IMG/VR virus record: IMGVR_UViG_3300032316_001438
Strand: one strand, 5' to 3'
Length of the DNA stretch: 64,000 bases
From: an uncultured virus (IMG/VR IMGVR_UViG_3300032316_001438)
Taxonomy: Duplodnaviria; Heunggongvirae; Uroviricota; Caudoviricetes
A program made the position numbers and the translations under genes. The notes under the pieces were generated by a model. It was not told the origin of the DNA and ran no database searches. It was given only the letters and a program-made list of their open reading frames with translations. This document shows, in pieces, positions 47,774-57,028 of this stretch (position 1 is the stretch's first letter; every line of letters begins with the position of its first letter).

Positions 47774-48360
47774 GGGTTTAATTGATTGCTTGTTTCACCT
47801 TTGGTGTATGTAGATAGCTCGCTGTTTATTTGAGTTGATTGCTCTTCAAATGAAGCTAATCTTTGTTCGCGTTTTGTCAGTTCGGCTCTCATCTCTTCAA
47901 TAGATTTTTGACACCATTTTATTTCTGATTTCAATTCTTCTGCGGCATGAGTAAGCGCTTCTATTCTGGTCTTAAACCATGAGTTCTCATACATCAGTTG
48001 GCCGTCTAGGGTAGTATTTGGCCATCCATAGGCATCCGTGAGACTTTCCGAAATCTTTCCATTCTGAAAACAGAACACCTGAAGGGGATTTTCAACTGTG
48101 TCGTCACCCTGGATGATATCATTTATTTGACCTGTCTTTATCAACTCTTCGAGCCTATCCCAAATAAATTCTAGGCCTTTGCTGCTAAGAGATTTCCTTC
48201 CTGTTTTAAAGGTATCTAGAGCGTATTTGAGTTTCAGAGTTTTTTTATCAAGGCTAATCAGGTCATGACACATAGGGCTACCGACACACACATGCCCATC
48301 AACATGGTGTACGATGTAGTCGGTGTTGTTAAGAAGGGCTTTTAGAATACGTGCTTTCAT
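47770..48360 (-). CDS. Hypothetical protein with C-terminal coiled coil
   Basis: 196-aa ORF. Confidence 0.8.
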   Translation of the reverse strand: MKARILKALLNNTDYIVHHVDGHVCVGSPMCHDLISLDKKTLKLKYALDTFKTGRKSLSSKGLEFIWDRLEELIKTGQINDIIQGDDTVENPLQVFCFQNGKISESLTDAYGWPNTTLDGQLMYENSWFKTRIEALTHAAEELKSEIKWCQKSIEEMRAELTKREQRLASFEEQSTQINSELSTYTKGETSNQLNP

Positions 48361-48419
48361 GAAGAAATTATAAAAAAATATAACGTGGAAGGAAAATATA
48401 TTTAAACAACAATTCCGCG

Positions 48420-48704
48420 CTAAATTGGGTTTACAAAATCAAGTTCTTGTATCATTTTTTCAATGTAATATAATTGCCCATGAAATCTCCACCCAGTTTC
48501 ATCAGCGCCCATCCTAAAAGCATTTGCTTGACACTCTTGAATTATTTTAGATTCTTCTTTTAGATGTTTTAGAAGTCCCTTCTTAAAATCACTTATTCCG
48601 TCATCATAATGATTTCCGGCAGATTTATCAGGTCTTGTTTTTGATTGTTCATTATACTCTTGAGCTTTCTTTACCCAGAGTAGTTGTGTGTTAAGTTTAT
48701 CCAT
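48420..48704 (-). CDS. Hypothetical protein
   Basis: 94-aa co-oriented ORF. Confidence 0.65.
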   Translation of the reverse strand: MDKLNTQLLWVKKAQEYNEQSKTRPDKSAGNHYDDGISDFKKGLLKHLKEESKIIQECQANAFRMGADETGWRFHGQLYYIEKMIQELDFVNPI

Positions 48705-48720
48705 TTGAAATAATTTGCTC

Positions 48721-48957
48721 CTATTTCATTTCTAAGACCTTCCGACCGCGCCACAGTTTACCATGAAGAGCGTTACCCTCATAAAAATCTTCATCTTTTA
48801 TTTCACCAACCCGTTCACTGCCGCACTCTGGACATCTCAATTCGCAGTCACCATTATCATCATTAAGTATAACTAATTGGCAGTGGTCACAATGTCCAGT
48901 CCACCCGCAGTTTCCACAACTGTAATCATCCCAAATATCATTGTCTCTTCTTGCCAT
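48721..48957 (-). CDS. Small zinc-ribbon protein
   Basis: CGNCGW...CPECGS. Confidence 0.7.
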   Translation of the reverse strand: MARRDNDIWDDYSCGNCGWTGHCDHCQLVILNDDNGDCELRCPECGSERVGEIKDEDFYEGNALHGKLWRGRKVLEMK

Positions 48958-49025
48958 CGCTGAAGGTTTTATATGGTCAAATTACTTCAAACGAGGGTAT
49001 AACAATGTCCATCAGGCGTAATAAA

Positions 49026-49289
49026 TTACAGATACTCGAACACGCAATAACTGAATGATGCTGTTCCGCTTCGCAACCATTTACCACTTGCACTATATTC
49101 ATCAATCCAACAATAAGCATCGTGGTCATTTAATACTACTCTGCTTACAGTGCCTTTCAAATAACCACCAAACCCAACAGACACCTTCACTTTATCACCC
49201 ACGCTCGGATATGGTTTGTAAATAGGTTTACCAGGCCCAACAAAGTATTGGCGTAATGCCGTTAGCTTTTCAATTAATCTTTTGTACAT
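49026..49289 (-). CDS. Small hypothetical protein (SH3/KOW-like pattern)
   Basis: VGDKVKV...GTVSRV. Confidence 0.6.
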   Translation of the reverse strand: MYKRLIEKLTALRQYFVGPGKPIYKPYPSVGDKVKVSVGFGGYLKGTVSRVVLNDHDAYCWIDEYSASGKWLRSGTASFSYCVFEYL

Positions 49290-49361
49290 ATTTCCAAGTT
49301 TTTATTTTCAACTAAACATTAGTTATGGCACTACGCCTATATGGATGAAAGAACTAAACAT

Positions 49362-50057
49362 TTAAAGAGGGATGCTTGCGTATAATTTCTCGACTTCTAT
49401 TCTAGCGTATCTACTCAACGAATCGCCATACCAATTATCACGAGCCTTTGCACCAAAAACATTTTTTAGAACACGCATTGCCTTTTCATCATCATGCCGC
49501 ACCGTAAGCATAGGATTTTCCAATTTGGCGATCCCAAAGGCATTCAACAGCTCGGGAAACCTATTCTCTGCAAACATAGCCTCTGCTTTCTCATAAAGGG
49601 GCTTCAACTCAGCAACCTTTTTAGCTCTATCTTCTTTGTATTGCGAAAATCCCTCTTTATCGACAGCCTGAACAATAGACTCGAACAGAGTAGACTCTAA
49701 GGAATTAATTTTCGACTTTACCTTGTCCAAATGCTCCCTGGCTGACAGCCTCCAAGACTCAATCAGCGCAATTGTTTTCTCTTCTTTCTCTTTGTCAGAA
49801 TATCTTAGAAGGTATCTGGCGCGTCCAACCTGGCATTCACGTTCCTTTAGGACGATTGCTTTGTTATTCGAGTCTTTTAAGACCTTATCACCATCGAATA
49901 GAACATTGTATCCTTCAAGGCATTTCAAGAGTTTAACAGGTTCATCATCTTTCAGCAATTGAACAGGAGAAAAACATCTATCCATGTCCATTGAATTAAC
50001 AAGGTCTAGTGTTAGACCTTCCGTTATTTCATCTTTGCTAAGTCTATTGACTTTCAT
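49362..50057 (-). CDS. Hypothetical protein
   Basis: 231 aa; variant motif copy upstream. Confidence 0.8.
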   Translation of the reverse strand: MKVNRLSKDEITEGLTLDLVNSMDMDRCFSPVQLLKDDEPVKLLKCLEGYNVLFDGDKVLKDSNNKAIVLKERECQVGRARYLLRYSDKEKEEKTIALIESWRLSAREHLDKVKSKINSLESTLFESIVQAVDKEGFSQYKEDRAKKVAELKPLYEKAEAMFAENRFPELLNAFGIAKLENPMLTVRHDDEKAMRVLKNVFGAKARDNWYGDSLSRYARIEVEKLYASIPL

Positions 50058-50102
50058 ATATAAGCAGTTCGTTTGTTATTATAAAAGAACCCAAAAAAGT
50101 AG

Positions 50103-50705
50103 TTACCCAACCCCGACTGTTCGCCTTATAGGCTTTTTGCAACAATTGCACTTATTGTTTTCCATTTCTAATCTGTCGTAAAAGCCACTGTGTATGCAAA
50201 AGCACAATCCAGACTCAGCACTTAGTTCCACACCATCGACTTGCTCCTTCTTTCCAACGCGCTCAAAAAAGAATACAACTGGCTTTATGGTTTCAGTAAC
50301 TAGTCCATACCTCTTTGCAATCTTATACTGAGTGTTTAATTCGTTAAGGTGTTTCATAAATCCTTGTATCAATTTTCTGAACTCCTCAAGACCTAAACTG
50401 TGCTTATTGATGTTGCAACTTGCGCAGGCGGGCATTTGATTGTCTAAGTTGAATCTCTCAGGGTGCATACATCCATCCGCAACCCATTTACCTTCTTTCC
50501 ACTCGTAGTCATCAGTTATCTCCGATTTCTTGTCCCTGGGCAGACCTGTTACTTTATGAACAAATTCCGGAGGTATCCATTTCCTTTTTCTTCTAACGGG
50601 TTCAATTTCATCCACGTGCCATCCTTTTTGCAATACAGACCCACAATAAGCACAGAGTCCATCGTACTTGTTGAAAATCAGATCACGTTGTTGTTTCTTA
50701 GTCAT
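50103..50705 (-). CDS. HNH endonuclease-like protein
   Basis: CAYCG...WHVDEIEP...NQMPACASCNINK; the usual DH appears as DE; start MTKKQQ. Confidence 0.85.
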   Translation of the reverse strand: MTKKQQRDLIFNKYDGLCAYCGSVLQKGWHVDEIEPVRRKRKWIPPEFVHKVTGLPRDKKSEITDDYEWKEGKWVADGCMHPERFNLDNQMPACASCNINKHSLGLEEFRKLIQGFMKHLNELNTQYKIAKRYGLVTETIKPVVFFFERVGKKEQVDGVELSAESGLCFCIHSGFYDRLEMENNKCNCCKKPIRRTVGVG

Positions 50706-50724
50706 AAGAAATACACTCAAAAAA

Positions 50725-51048
50725 TTATTTATTAACCCTTCGAAATGAAATAATCTCGTTTCCTACACACATTTTTACAAACCAGTCAAATGTTCTATTT
50801 ACTTCCGTTTTCGCGGTCTTTACATCATTGAAAGTGATTTTTCCGCTAGATGGGTAGTTATACTTGACCAGGAATTTGGTTGAATTTTTGATCTTGATTT
50901 TCTTTATCCAGGCTATTTCGAAATAGCAATTCTTTCCCCGATAAAAAGGTCTTGAAAAGTCGCCAGCATAGGCAACCCTCGCCCATCTTCCCATAGCATC
51001 ATCTTCCATGGTTCTGGAATATCTGTTAGTCCACTTTATCGCAGCCAT
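50725..51048 (-). CDS. Hypothetical protein
   Basis: 107-aa co-oriented ORF. Confidence 0.7.
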   Translation of the reverse strand: MAAIKWTNRYSRTMEDDAMGRWARVAYAGDFSRPFYRGKNCYFEIAWIKKIKIKNSTKFLVKYNYPSSGKITFNDVKTAKTEVNRTFDWFVKMCVGNEIISFRRVNK

Positions 51049-51058
51049 CGAAAAAAGT

Positions 51059-51409
51059 TTAATAGTTTTTTGCCAAGACGCTTAATATTTCATTTTCAAT
51101 TTCCTTTGGAGAATTGTAAATCCATCCGCCGGGGAATGAGCCATTCTTTAGTCCCTGACCTACCATCCATACACTTTGCCAATTCACATTATGGATTGTG
51201 AGTTCGGCATACCAATTATATCTTTTGTTTTCAAACCAGAGTACACTTGATGGGTTTCCTTTTCCTATCGTTTCCTTAAAACCAAAATGAATCAATATCT
51301 TTCTAAAGCTATTGAGACACTTTTCACGTTTTCTTTTCTCCGCCTCAACAATCGAAATCTGTGATTCCGTGAGAGAAATACGAATACCTTCTACAAATAC
51401 ATCCATCAC
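51059..51409 (-). CDS. Hypothetical protein
   Basis: 116-aa co-oriented ORF. Confidence 0.7.
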   Translation of the reverse strand: MMDVFVEGIRISLTESQISIVEAEKRKREKCLNSFRKILIHFGFKETIGKGNPSSVLWFENKRYNWYAELTIHNVNWQSVWMVGQGLKNGSFPGGWIYNSPKEIENEILSVLAKNY

Positions 51410-51458
51410 TCAAAAATTACGTTCATTATCATTTAACAATAAACACCAGGTAGCGGAG

Positions 51459-51902
51459 CTAAGAGTTCGGCTCCCCGCGTTTTAATATCTTTTTGAAAAT
51501 TCTCTGTTTTTCATGCTCATGCATATTGATGATTTTCGCACCATTTTCGCTACTATCAATTCCTTCGTCACCTAATATTTCGTCTTCAGCGTGTGAACCG
51601 GATTGAAATAACGGTAAGGGCTGGCCTTCCAGCTGCTCAACAAATTGCGTAGTCGATATATCCCCTCGAACTAACTGAGTGATCGGCATTTTCTTAATCC
51701 ATTGTTTCCTTTGTTCTAAGCAGGCCTCCTCCCAATTTGTTTTTGCATATAGTTCAGAGGCTTCATTGCCAAGTATATCCTGGGCATGGCCTTTAGTTTG
51801 TGATTCACTTAATGTGTAATCAACTTGATACCAATCAATACTCTTCCAATCAGGGTAGCCGTATCTTTTAGCAATCGTGTTTTTAGCTTCTTGAAGTGTC
51901 AT
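51459..51902 (-). CDS. Hypothetical protein
   Basis: 147-aa co-oriented ORF. Confidence 0.7.
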   Translation of the reverse strand: MTLQEAKNTIAKRYGYPDWKSIDWYQVDYTLSESQTKGHAQDILGNEASELYAKTNWEEACLEQRKQWIKKMPITQLVRGDISTTQFVEQLEGQPLPLFQSGSHAEDEILGDEGIDSSENGAKIINMHEHEKQRIFKKILKRGEPNS

Positions 51903-51911
51903 AATAGTCGA

Positions 51912-52499
51912 TTAATAAGGAGGATCAGGCGTGGGGTCGATTCCTTTTTCTTTTAAGAGCCTTTTTGTTCGTTCTAACTCAAAATCCAAATTCATGATTG
52001 TTTGATGTAGCTCGGTACGATAGTTTTTCATGCCGTGGTCAGGATAAAAAATATCCTCCCACATCTTCCCGCGTTCTTCGAAGTCCTTCTTGAATATCGA
52101 TCCATCGGGAACTTCGCTGAGCATGTGTTTGAAATCATGCATCAAACGTCTACCGGACTTTATTGATAGTTCAAGCATTTCCTTTTGTATAACAGATGGG
52201 TCTTCCATGTCAGGATCAACGAAATTAGTACTCAGTTTAGTCCGGCTCTTGTTGCGCTGGTAAGAGATCTCTTTTAAAACATCTGCGGTAAGCAAGTTAT
52301 CAGGGTTAGCAAGGCACCGAATGGTCCACTCGACAATAGCACGATCGCGATCGGTGTGCACGACAAATTCACGGTCTTCCCAAACTTTGAATCCTCCGGT
52401 ACCATTGGTAATCTCCTCGGAGAACTTTGAGCAGGCGCTAGTAGCAGCTGCTGTGCCGGGAGTGGGAGAGCTTTGGGGATTTTCAGTATTAGTTTTCAT
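51912..52499 (-). CDS. Hypothetical protein
   Basis: Start MKTNTE chosen (alternative 52562). Confidence 0.7.
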   Translation of the reverse strand: MKTNTENPQSSPTPGTAAATSACSKFSEEITNGTGGFKVWEDREFVVHTDRDRAIVEWTIRCLANPDNLLTADVLKEISYQRNKSRTKLSTNFVDPDMEDPSVIQKEMLELSIKSGRRLMHDFKHMLSEVPDGSIFKKDFEERGKMWEDIFYPDHGMKNYRTELHQTIMNLDFELERTKRLLKEKGIDPTPDPPY

Positions 52500-52542
52500 C
52501 GAGCTTAAAGTTTTAAATTTGTCAGTATCTACTACCCTACAT

Positions 52543-52899
52543 CTACCTAATTCTATATCCATTCAAAATGCGATTCGGATGATTAATCAATACCTCCGCC
52601 AATTCGCTAGTTCTCAAAAGATAGTTTACGTCAAAAGTTGGGACTTCTGAAATGGTAAACGGGCTCATTCCGTTGCCAGTGATCCATTGGTACAATAACC
52701 CTTCTTTGCAAAGCTGTGTTAACATCCTTCTTACATTTGGACAAGTTGGATACACACCCTCGTGTTTTAATGTGTAACCAATTTCTTCCGCGATTTGAAC
52801 TGCGGTAAATTTTCCATTTCTACCGTTGATAGCACACAATATCTTTTTCCTTAAGCCAGCGCGCTCACATGCCTTAGAATGATTCAAGTTTCTTATCAT
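52543..52899 (-). CDS. Winged-helix-like protein
   Basis: FTAVQIAEEIG...VRRMLTQLCKEGLL. Confidence 0.65.
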   Translation of the reverse strand: MIRNLNHSKACERAGLRKKILCAINGRNGKFTAVQIAEEIGYTLKHEGVYPTCPNVRRMLTQLCKEGLLYQWITGNGMSPFTISEVPTFDVNYLLRTSELAEVLINHPNRILNGYRIR

Positions 52900-52921
52900 T
52901 TACAAAAACATTTTTAAGTCC

Positions 52922-53284
52922 TTATTGTACTGGCCGTGGATAGTTCAAAACATCCCACAAGTCTCTGATCGTTTCTAGTCTTAGCTCTATACCATGCACT
53001 AGTACAGTGCCACCGTCAGGATTTCTTCCGAAATCGAGTTGCCACATAAAATGTTCAATGTAGCTTTTGGCTGTTGCGTCATTCATGGCTTCCTGCAGCA
53101 GTTTCACAAGAGCGTTTTGTAGTTGATGGTTCTTGTACGGCTCAATCACTGTTCCGGGAAATATTTTTTGTACGGATTTAACCCATTGTGTATCCCAGTC
53201 ATACTGTTTTTTAATAGCCTCGACAATCTCTACAAAAAGGGCGTAGGATATAGTGAGCTGCCCGGTGGCGGAGTTATGTTTCAT
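52922..53284 (-). CDS. Hypothetical protein
   Basis: 120 aa; WQLDFG...IRDLWDVL. Confidence 0.75.
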   Translation of the reverse strand: MKHNSATGQLTISYALFVEIVEAIKKQYDWDTQWVKSVQKIFPGTVIEPYKNHQLQNALVKLLQEAMNDATAKSYIEHFMWQLDFGRNPDGGTVLVHGIELRLETIRDLWDVLNYPRPVQ

Positions 53285-53292
53285 AAAAAATA

Positions 53293-53562
53293 CTAAGTTG
53301 TTGTAGTAGGTGAATTACTCTGTTCAGAGCCCTTAACAGGGAATATAAGCTCTTTCGCATAGTGTGATCTTCCATCAGTCCCATCTTCCCAACTAAACCA
53401 GGTATTCCACTTCATACCAGGAAAATGAACTGCGACACCTCGTACATTAACTTCTACTACTTTGCCTATTTGACGGTTGGCGTGTCGTACCGGTGCCGCT
53501 ACCTCGACCTCTGGGAAGTCGCAGATTCTGCCACATTCAGCCAACATTGTTTTTAAGTCCAT
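53293..53562 (-). CDS. Hypothetical protein
   Basis: 89-aa co-oriented ORF. Confidence 0.65.
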   Translation of the reverse strand: MDLKTMLAECGRICDFPEVEVAAPVRHANRQIGKVVEVNVRGVAVHFPGMKWNTWFSWEDGTDGRSHYAKELIFPVKGSEQSNSPTTTT

Positions 53563-53586
53563 AACGAGAAATATTTATTGGTTCAT

Positions 53587-54090
53587 TTACTGCCTAGCAT
53601 TTGCCTGAATTTTGTGCTTTTGCCGAAAGGGCATTAGATGCGTGTCAGATTTCATATATAATGGATGCTTGGGGCTTCCGTTTGAGTTTAGTCCCAGGCA
53701 GTAGGCGTTAGGCAACATGGACGCTACCTTGAGGTCTCGACCGAATACATCAAAATTTCCCCAACAGAAAACAATCTTGTCCACAAGCGAAGAGTAGTGA
53801 ATCAAATATTCATCGTTGTCTTTGATGGGGTCTTCACATTGCTTCAATTCGGAAGGGTAGGGGGTTACGTAGGCGAACAGGTTGAGCATGTATAATCCTC
53901 CATAGCCGAATGAATTGGCAAAATTAATAACGCGCGTTATTGTAGGGTCATTGGTTGATTCATTAGCAGTTGATGGGTTGAGTCCAACGAACGCAATGCG
54001 CAGTTTGGACGCATCCCACACGCGGCTCAGGACATATCGATACTTTCTACACTGTGAGAAAGTTGCGGATGACTGATTGAATAAGTCCAT
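53587..54090 (-). CDS. DUF1643-family protein
   Basis: FSQCRKYRYVLSRVW, GLNPSTA...DPTI, NLFAY, PKHPLY. Confidence 0.9.
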   Translation of the reverse strand: MDLFNQSSATFSQCRKYRYVLSRVWDASKLRIAFVGLNPSTANESTNDPTITRVINFANSFGYGGLYMLNLFAYVTPYPSELKQCEDPIKDNDEYLIHYSSLVDKIVFCWGNFDVFGRDLKVASMLPNAYCLGLNSNGSPKHPLYMKSDTHLMPFRQKHKIQANARQ

Positions 54091-54106
54091 TTATATCCTA
54101 TCACGC

Positions 54107-54403
54107 TTAAATCAACGTTCCATTTTCCTTCGAGTGAAGAAGGAATTTCTCAACCTTGATTTTCTTAGATTCCTTTTCCATGGATATTCTTTGAGAACTC
54201 CAAACCGGCAGAGCCTTCTCATCCTGAAGCATCTCGACCATGGCACAGGCCTGGTAAAATTCTTCTAAAATCCTGTCCGCATTTGACAAGGTTTGATCCG
54301 GCTGAACTTCTTGCAGGGAAAATCGATTAGCTTTTGAGCAGCGCTGCGAGACCTCCACACCTTCTTCACCGAGGATTGTAAGCAAATGTTCTGTCCTATT
54401 CAT
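54107..54403 (-). CDS. MazG-like nucleotide pyrophosphatase-fold protein
   Basis: LGEEGVEVSQRCSK...ILEEFYQ; the usual second EExxD is degenerate. Confidence 0.6.
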   Translation of the reverse strand: MNRTEHLLTILGEEGVEVSQRCSKANRFSLQEVQPDQTLSNADRILEEFYQACAMVEMLQDEKALPVWSSQRISMEKESKKIKVEKFLLHSKENGTLI

Positions 54404-54439
54404 CTTTAAACAGTTTGTATTTTAAGAAAGCCGTAACAA

Positions 54440-54628
54440 TCATTCGAAAACATGAACAATCTCACCGTACCTGTTTTTTTGATAAAACTTATCAATTGCA
54501 TCTTGCAAACAGAATCCTTTAATACTTGTAATTCCTCCTCCAACGTAGGGGAATGCCCATATTATTTCTACCTTATAGGAGTACTCTTCGTCTTGCGAGG
54601 CCTTAGAGTCATTCTGACTATCTATCAT
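54440..54628 (-). CDS. Small hypothetical protein
   Basis: 62 aa, ATGA overlap with the upstream gene. Confidence 0.55.
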   Translation of the reverse strand: MIDSQNDSKASQDEEYSYKVEIIWAFPYVGGGITSIKGFCLQDAIDKFYQKNRYGEIVHVFE

Positions 54629-54894
54629 GACAATAGTTTTATCACATTATTCATTTTGGCACACTCTTCGGCAGTCAAAAGATACGAGGTCACCTGCCCA
54701 GTCACTGTTATTGCCGTAGGAGTGACTTTAAGTGTATTATACCATTCCCATGATTTTTCAATACAAATACCATCCTTATACTTTTCTTCCATACTTGATT
54801 TCTCAATTATCTCGATAACCTCTGGTGTTGAGATCAAATGAATTAATTGTATTAACTTTTTGTTAGGAAGCTTACAGAAATCAACCGTTTCCAT
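54625..54894 (-). CDS. Hypothetical protein
   Basis: 89-aa co-oriented ORF. Confidence 0.6.
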   Translation of the reverse strand: METVDFCKLPNKKLIQLIHLISTPEVIEIIEKSSMEEKYKDGICIEKSWEWYNTLKVTPTAITVTGQVTSYLLTAEECAKMNNVIKLLS

Positions 54895-55054
54895 TTTTTG
54901 AAATTTTGATTTGAGATTTCTGAACTTTTCTAATAATATTCAACACATGACTTTCTGAGCATAGACACTTTTCAGCCAAAAGTTTTGCTTCCTTTTTAAC
55001 TTGATCAACACCCTTGAAGTTGATAGCTGTTAAGATTACGTTTTTTGCAGTCAT
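54881..55054 (-). CDS. Small basic hypothetical protein (57 aa)
   Basis: MTAKNVILTAINFKG... by manual translation; motif copy upstream. Confidence 0.55.
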   Translation of the reverse strand: MTAKNVILTAINFKGVDQVKKEAKLLAEKCLCSESHVLNIIRKVQKSQIKISKNGNG

Positions 55055-55174
55055 GTCAATTGGAACATTAAATGATAGCCAGAACTAAACACCGACCGGA
55101 CAGGGAATTTGATATCCAACTCAAACCTCCACTCAAGCATTCTTCGATGATGAAAGCCATAGGATTAAGACAGT

Positions 55175-55999
55175 CTACAAATCCAGCGTTGGTTGAGCGT
55201 TTAGAACACGAGCTTTACATGTGAGCACATGGCTACCAAGTCCACCTGCAGTACGAAATGTGCCATTGCAATGTTCGCACACGTATCGAGGAGATTGATC
55301 AGTGTTATCTGGTGGAGGTGTTCCAAGGACAAGGTGTGACTTGCCATTCATTTCACGCTTGACGGAAGCGATCAGCCTCTCATGTTTTTCAGATAGCTCC
55401 ATGAACGCTATACGCTCCAGCTTGCTGGTCTCCTCCAGGTGAGCGATAGCCTGAATGGAGTGCTCTGACTCATTAAGCAATTGAGATAATTTTTGCGACT
55501 CAGCTTTAGATTCAGAGAGTTCCTTTTTCAGCTTTTCGATCTGGCCGAACATTTGGTATTTGGTTTCGCGCTCACCGATGATATCGTTAAAGAATACCAC
55601 GTAGCTGTGCACGATCCAGCTGGCGGTACCGGCAATGGCTACATTGATGGCGATTTTAATCGAGAGCTGCGCGGTGCTATCTTGAATACCGGCTATGTTT
55701 TCAAGAAATCCGTAGTTTAGAAAAAAGCAATTGAAAAGGAAGACAATAAAAGCAAGTCCGGTAGCTTCATTTTTTCGTCCGTTGATGGCGAATGTGATCA
55801 TGGCCAGGTCGAAGCCAAGGGCAAAGAACAGGGCGTAGAGCTCTTCATCGTAAGGGAACAGGTCGAATGATAAACCGGTGACCTTAAGCAAAAGGTGTTG
55901 AGTATGAATAACCAGGGGAACGGTAATAAAAACGAAGGTTAACAAAACCCACTTTTCACTACGCAGCAATAAAACCCATTTGGATGTAGACTTTTCCAT
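55175..55999 (-). CDS. Membrane protein with coiled coil and C-terminal zinc finger
   Basis: About 4 TM segments, coiled coil, CEHC...SHVLTC. Confidence 0.8.
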   Translation of the reverse strand: MEKSTSKWVLLLRSEKWVLLTFVFITVPLVIHTQHLLLKVTGLSFDLFPYDEELYALFFALGFDLAMITFAINGRKNEATGLAFIVFLFNCFFLNYGFLENIAGIQDSTAQLSIKIAINVAIAGTASWIVHSYVVFFNDIIGERETKYQMFGQIEKLKKELSESKAESQKLSQLLNESEHSIQAIAHLEETSKLERIAFMELSEKHERLIASVKREMNGKSHLVLGTPPPDNTDQSPRYVCEHCNGTFRTAGGLGSHVLTCKARVLNAQPTLDL

Positions 56000-56213
56000 C
56001 TCGTTTGTTGATCGTTTATTGGACGTTGAATCAAAAGTACGAAAAAAAAATAAAACCTCACACAGAGCTATCTCACGTTTTCTGCGCGATGATATACAGA
56101 GGTTTAGATTCGGTTAACTAAAAAGGAAACCGTTTTAATCTAATTGTTGAGTTCTGAGATGATATCAACCCTACCCGAGGATTGGTTAGGGATTTAATCC
56201 GAAAAATTCAGCG

Positions 56214-56606
56214 TCAATCCAGGTTGTCTATTTCGTCCATCTGCGCGGCGGCTTGACCGTTAGGTGGGCATGCTTGGTTAGCCCGAAACACAACCGTTGC
56301 TCCCGGATAGTTTTGAGGCTTAATTTCGCATTCTCTCCGAGTGGTATATTCATAGAATTTTGTTCCCACAAACGTAATCTCGCAACATCCAACCTCATTC
56401 GCATCCAACAACATCACATCAGCATTAAGACGTGCGGCGGCCACCTTTCTAGGTATAGACTTACGTGCCTTCTTTTTTGCTGCCACTTTCTTGATTGGCT
56501 TTGCCTTTTTTGATGGACCATTTTTCTTGGCAGGAGATTTTATAACCTTCGTGCTCTTTTTTTTCAGACTTCCATTGCTCGTTTTGGATGTTTTCTTTTT
56601 AGCCAT
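56214..56606 (-). CDS. Lys-rich (histone H1-like N-terminus) protein
   Basis: K/A-rich N-terminal half, Cys-containing C-terminal domain. Confidence 0.65.
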   Translation of the reverse strand: MAKKKTSKTSNGSLKKKSTKVIKSPAKKNGPSKKAKPIKKVAAKKKARKSIPRKVAAARLNADVMLLDANEVGCCEITFVGTKFYEYTTRRECEIKPQNYPGATVVFRANQACPPNGQAAAQMDEIDNLD

Positions 56607-56626
56607 CTTGATAGTGGTTTTTGGTA

Positions 56627-57028
56627 TTAGTTAAATGTCAAAATGATGCGTTGTCTTAGTCCTTTTGCCTCGGCTGTAACATAGACAGAACCTTTGGTAG
56701 TGGGGTCGGAGGCAAGGGTAACAGCCGCCCAACGGAATCCTCCGGAAAGAGAATCCGAAAGCTGCTTAATCGTAGCCACTTTAGGACCCGCCTGAATAAA
56801 CGCCCCCATGCTGGTTGAAAAAGTAACGTCAAATAGCCCAGCTGTAGAAGGTACCCTTGCGTATACCCGTGTAGTCTGTCCACCGATAGCCAAACTATAT
56901 TTAGCAGATGAAAGAACGAGCGAATTTTCAATAGGAATCTGATCTGGGTCCTGGAGCTTATCACTAAGGCAGGCGCAAATAGAAAACGCTATTGCCGTCA
57001 TTGTCAAAAAATAGCAGATTGATTTCAT
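56627..57028 (-). CDS. Putative lipoprotein with Ig-like beta domain
   Basis: Signal peptide ending ICAC; VTFSTSMG...VYVTAE. Confidence 0.65.
   Translation of the reverse strand: MKSICYFLTMTAIAFSICACLSDKLQDPDQIPIENSLVLSSAKYSLAIGGQTTRVYARVPSTAGLFDVTFSTSMGAFIQAGPKVATIKQLSDSLSGGFRWAAVTLASDPTTKGSVYVTAEAKGLRQRIILTFN

Noticed and set aside
48742..48748. Additional CCGACCG copy 38 nt upstream of ORF 48420-48704
   Set aside because: Inside a CDS and lacks the GTTT extension; ambiguous, so not counted
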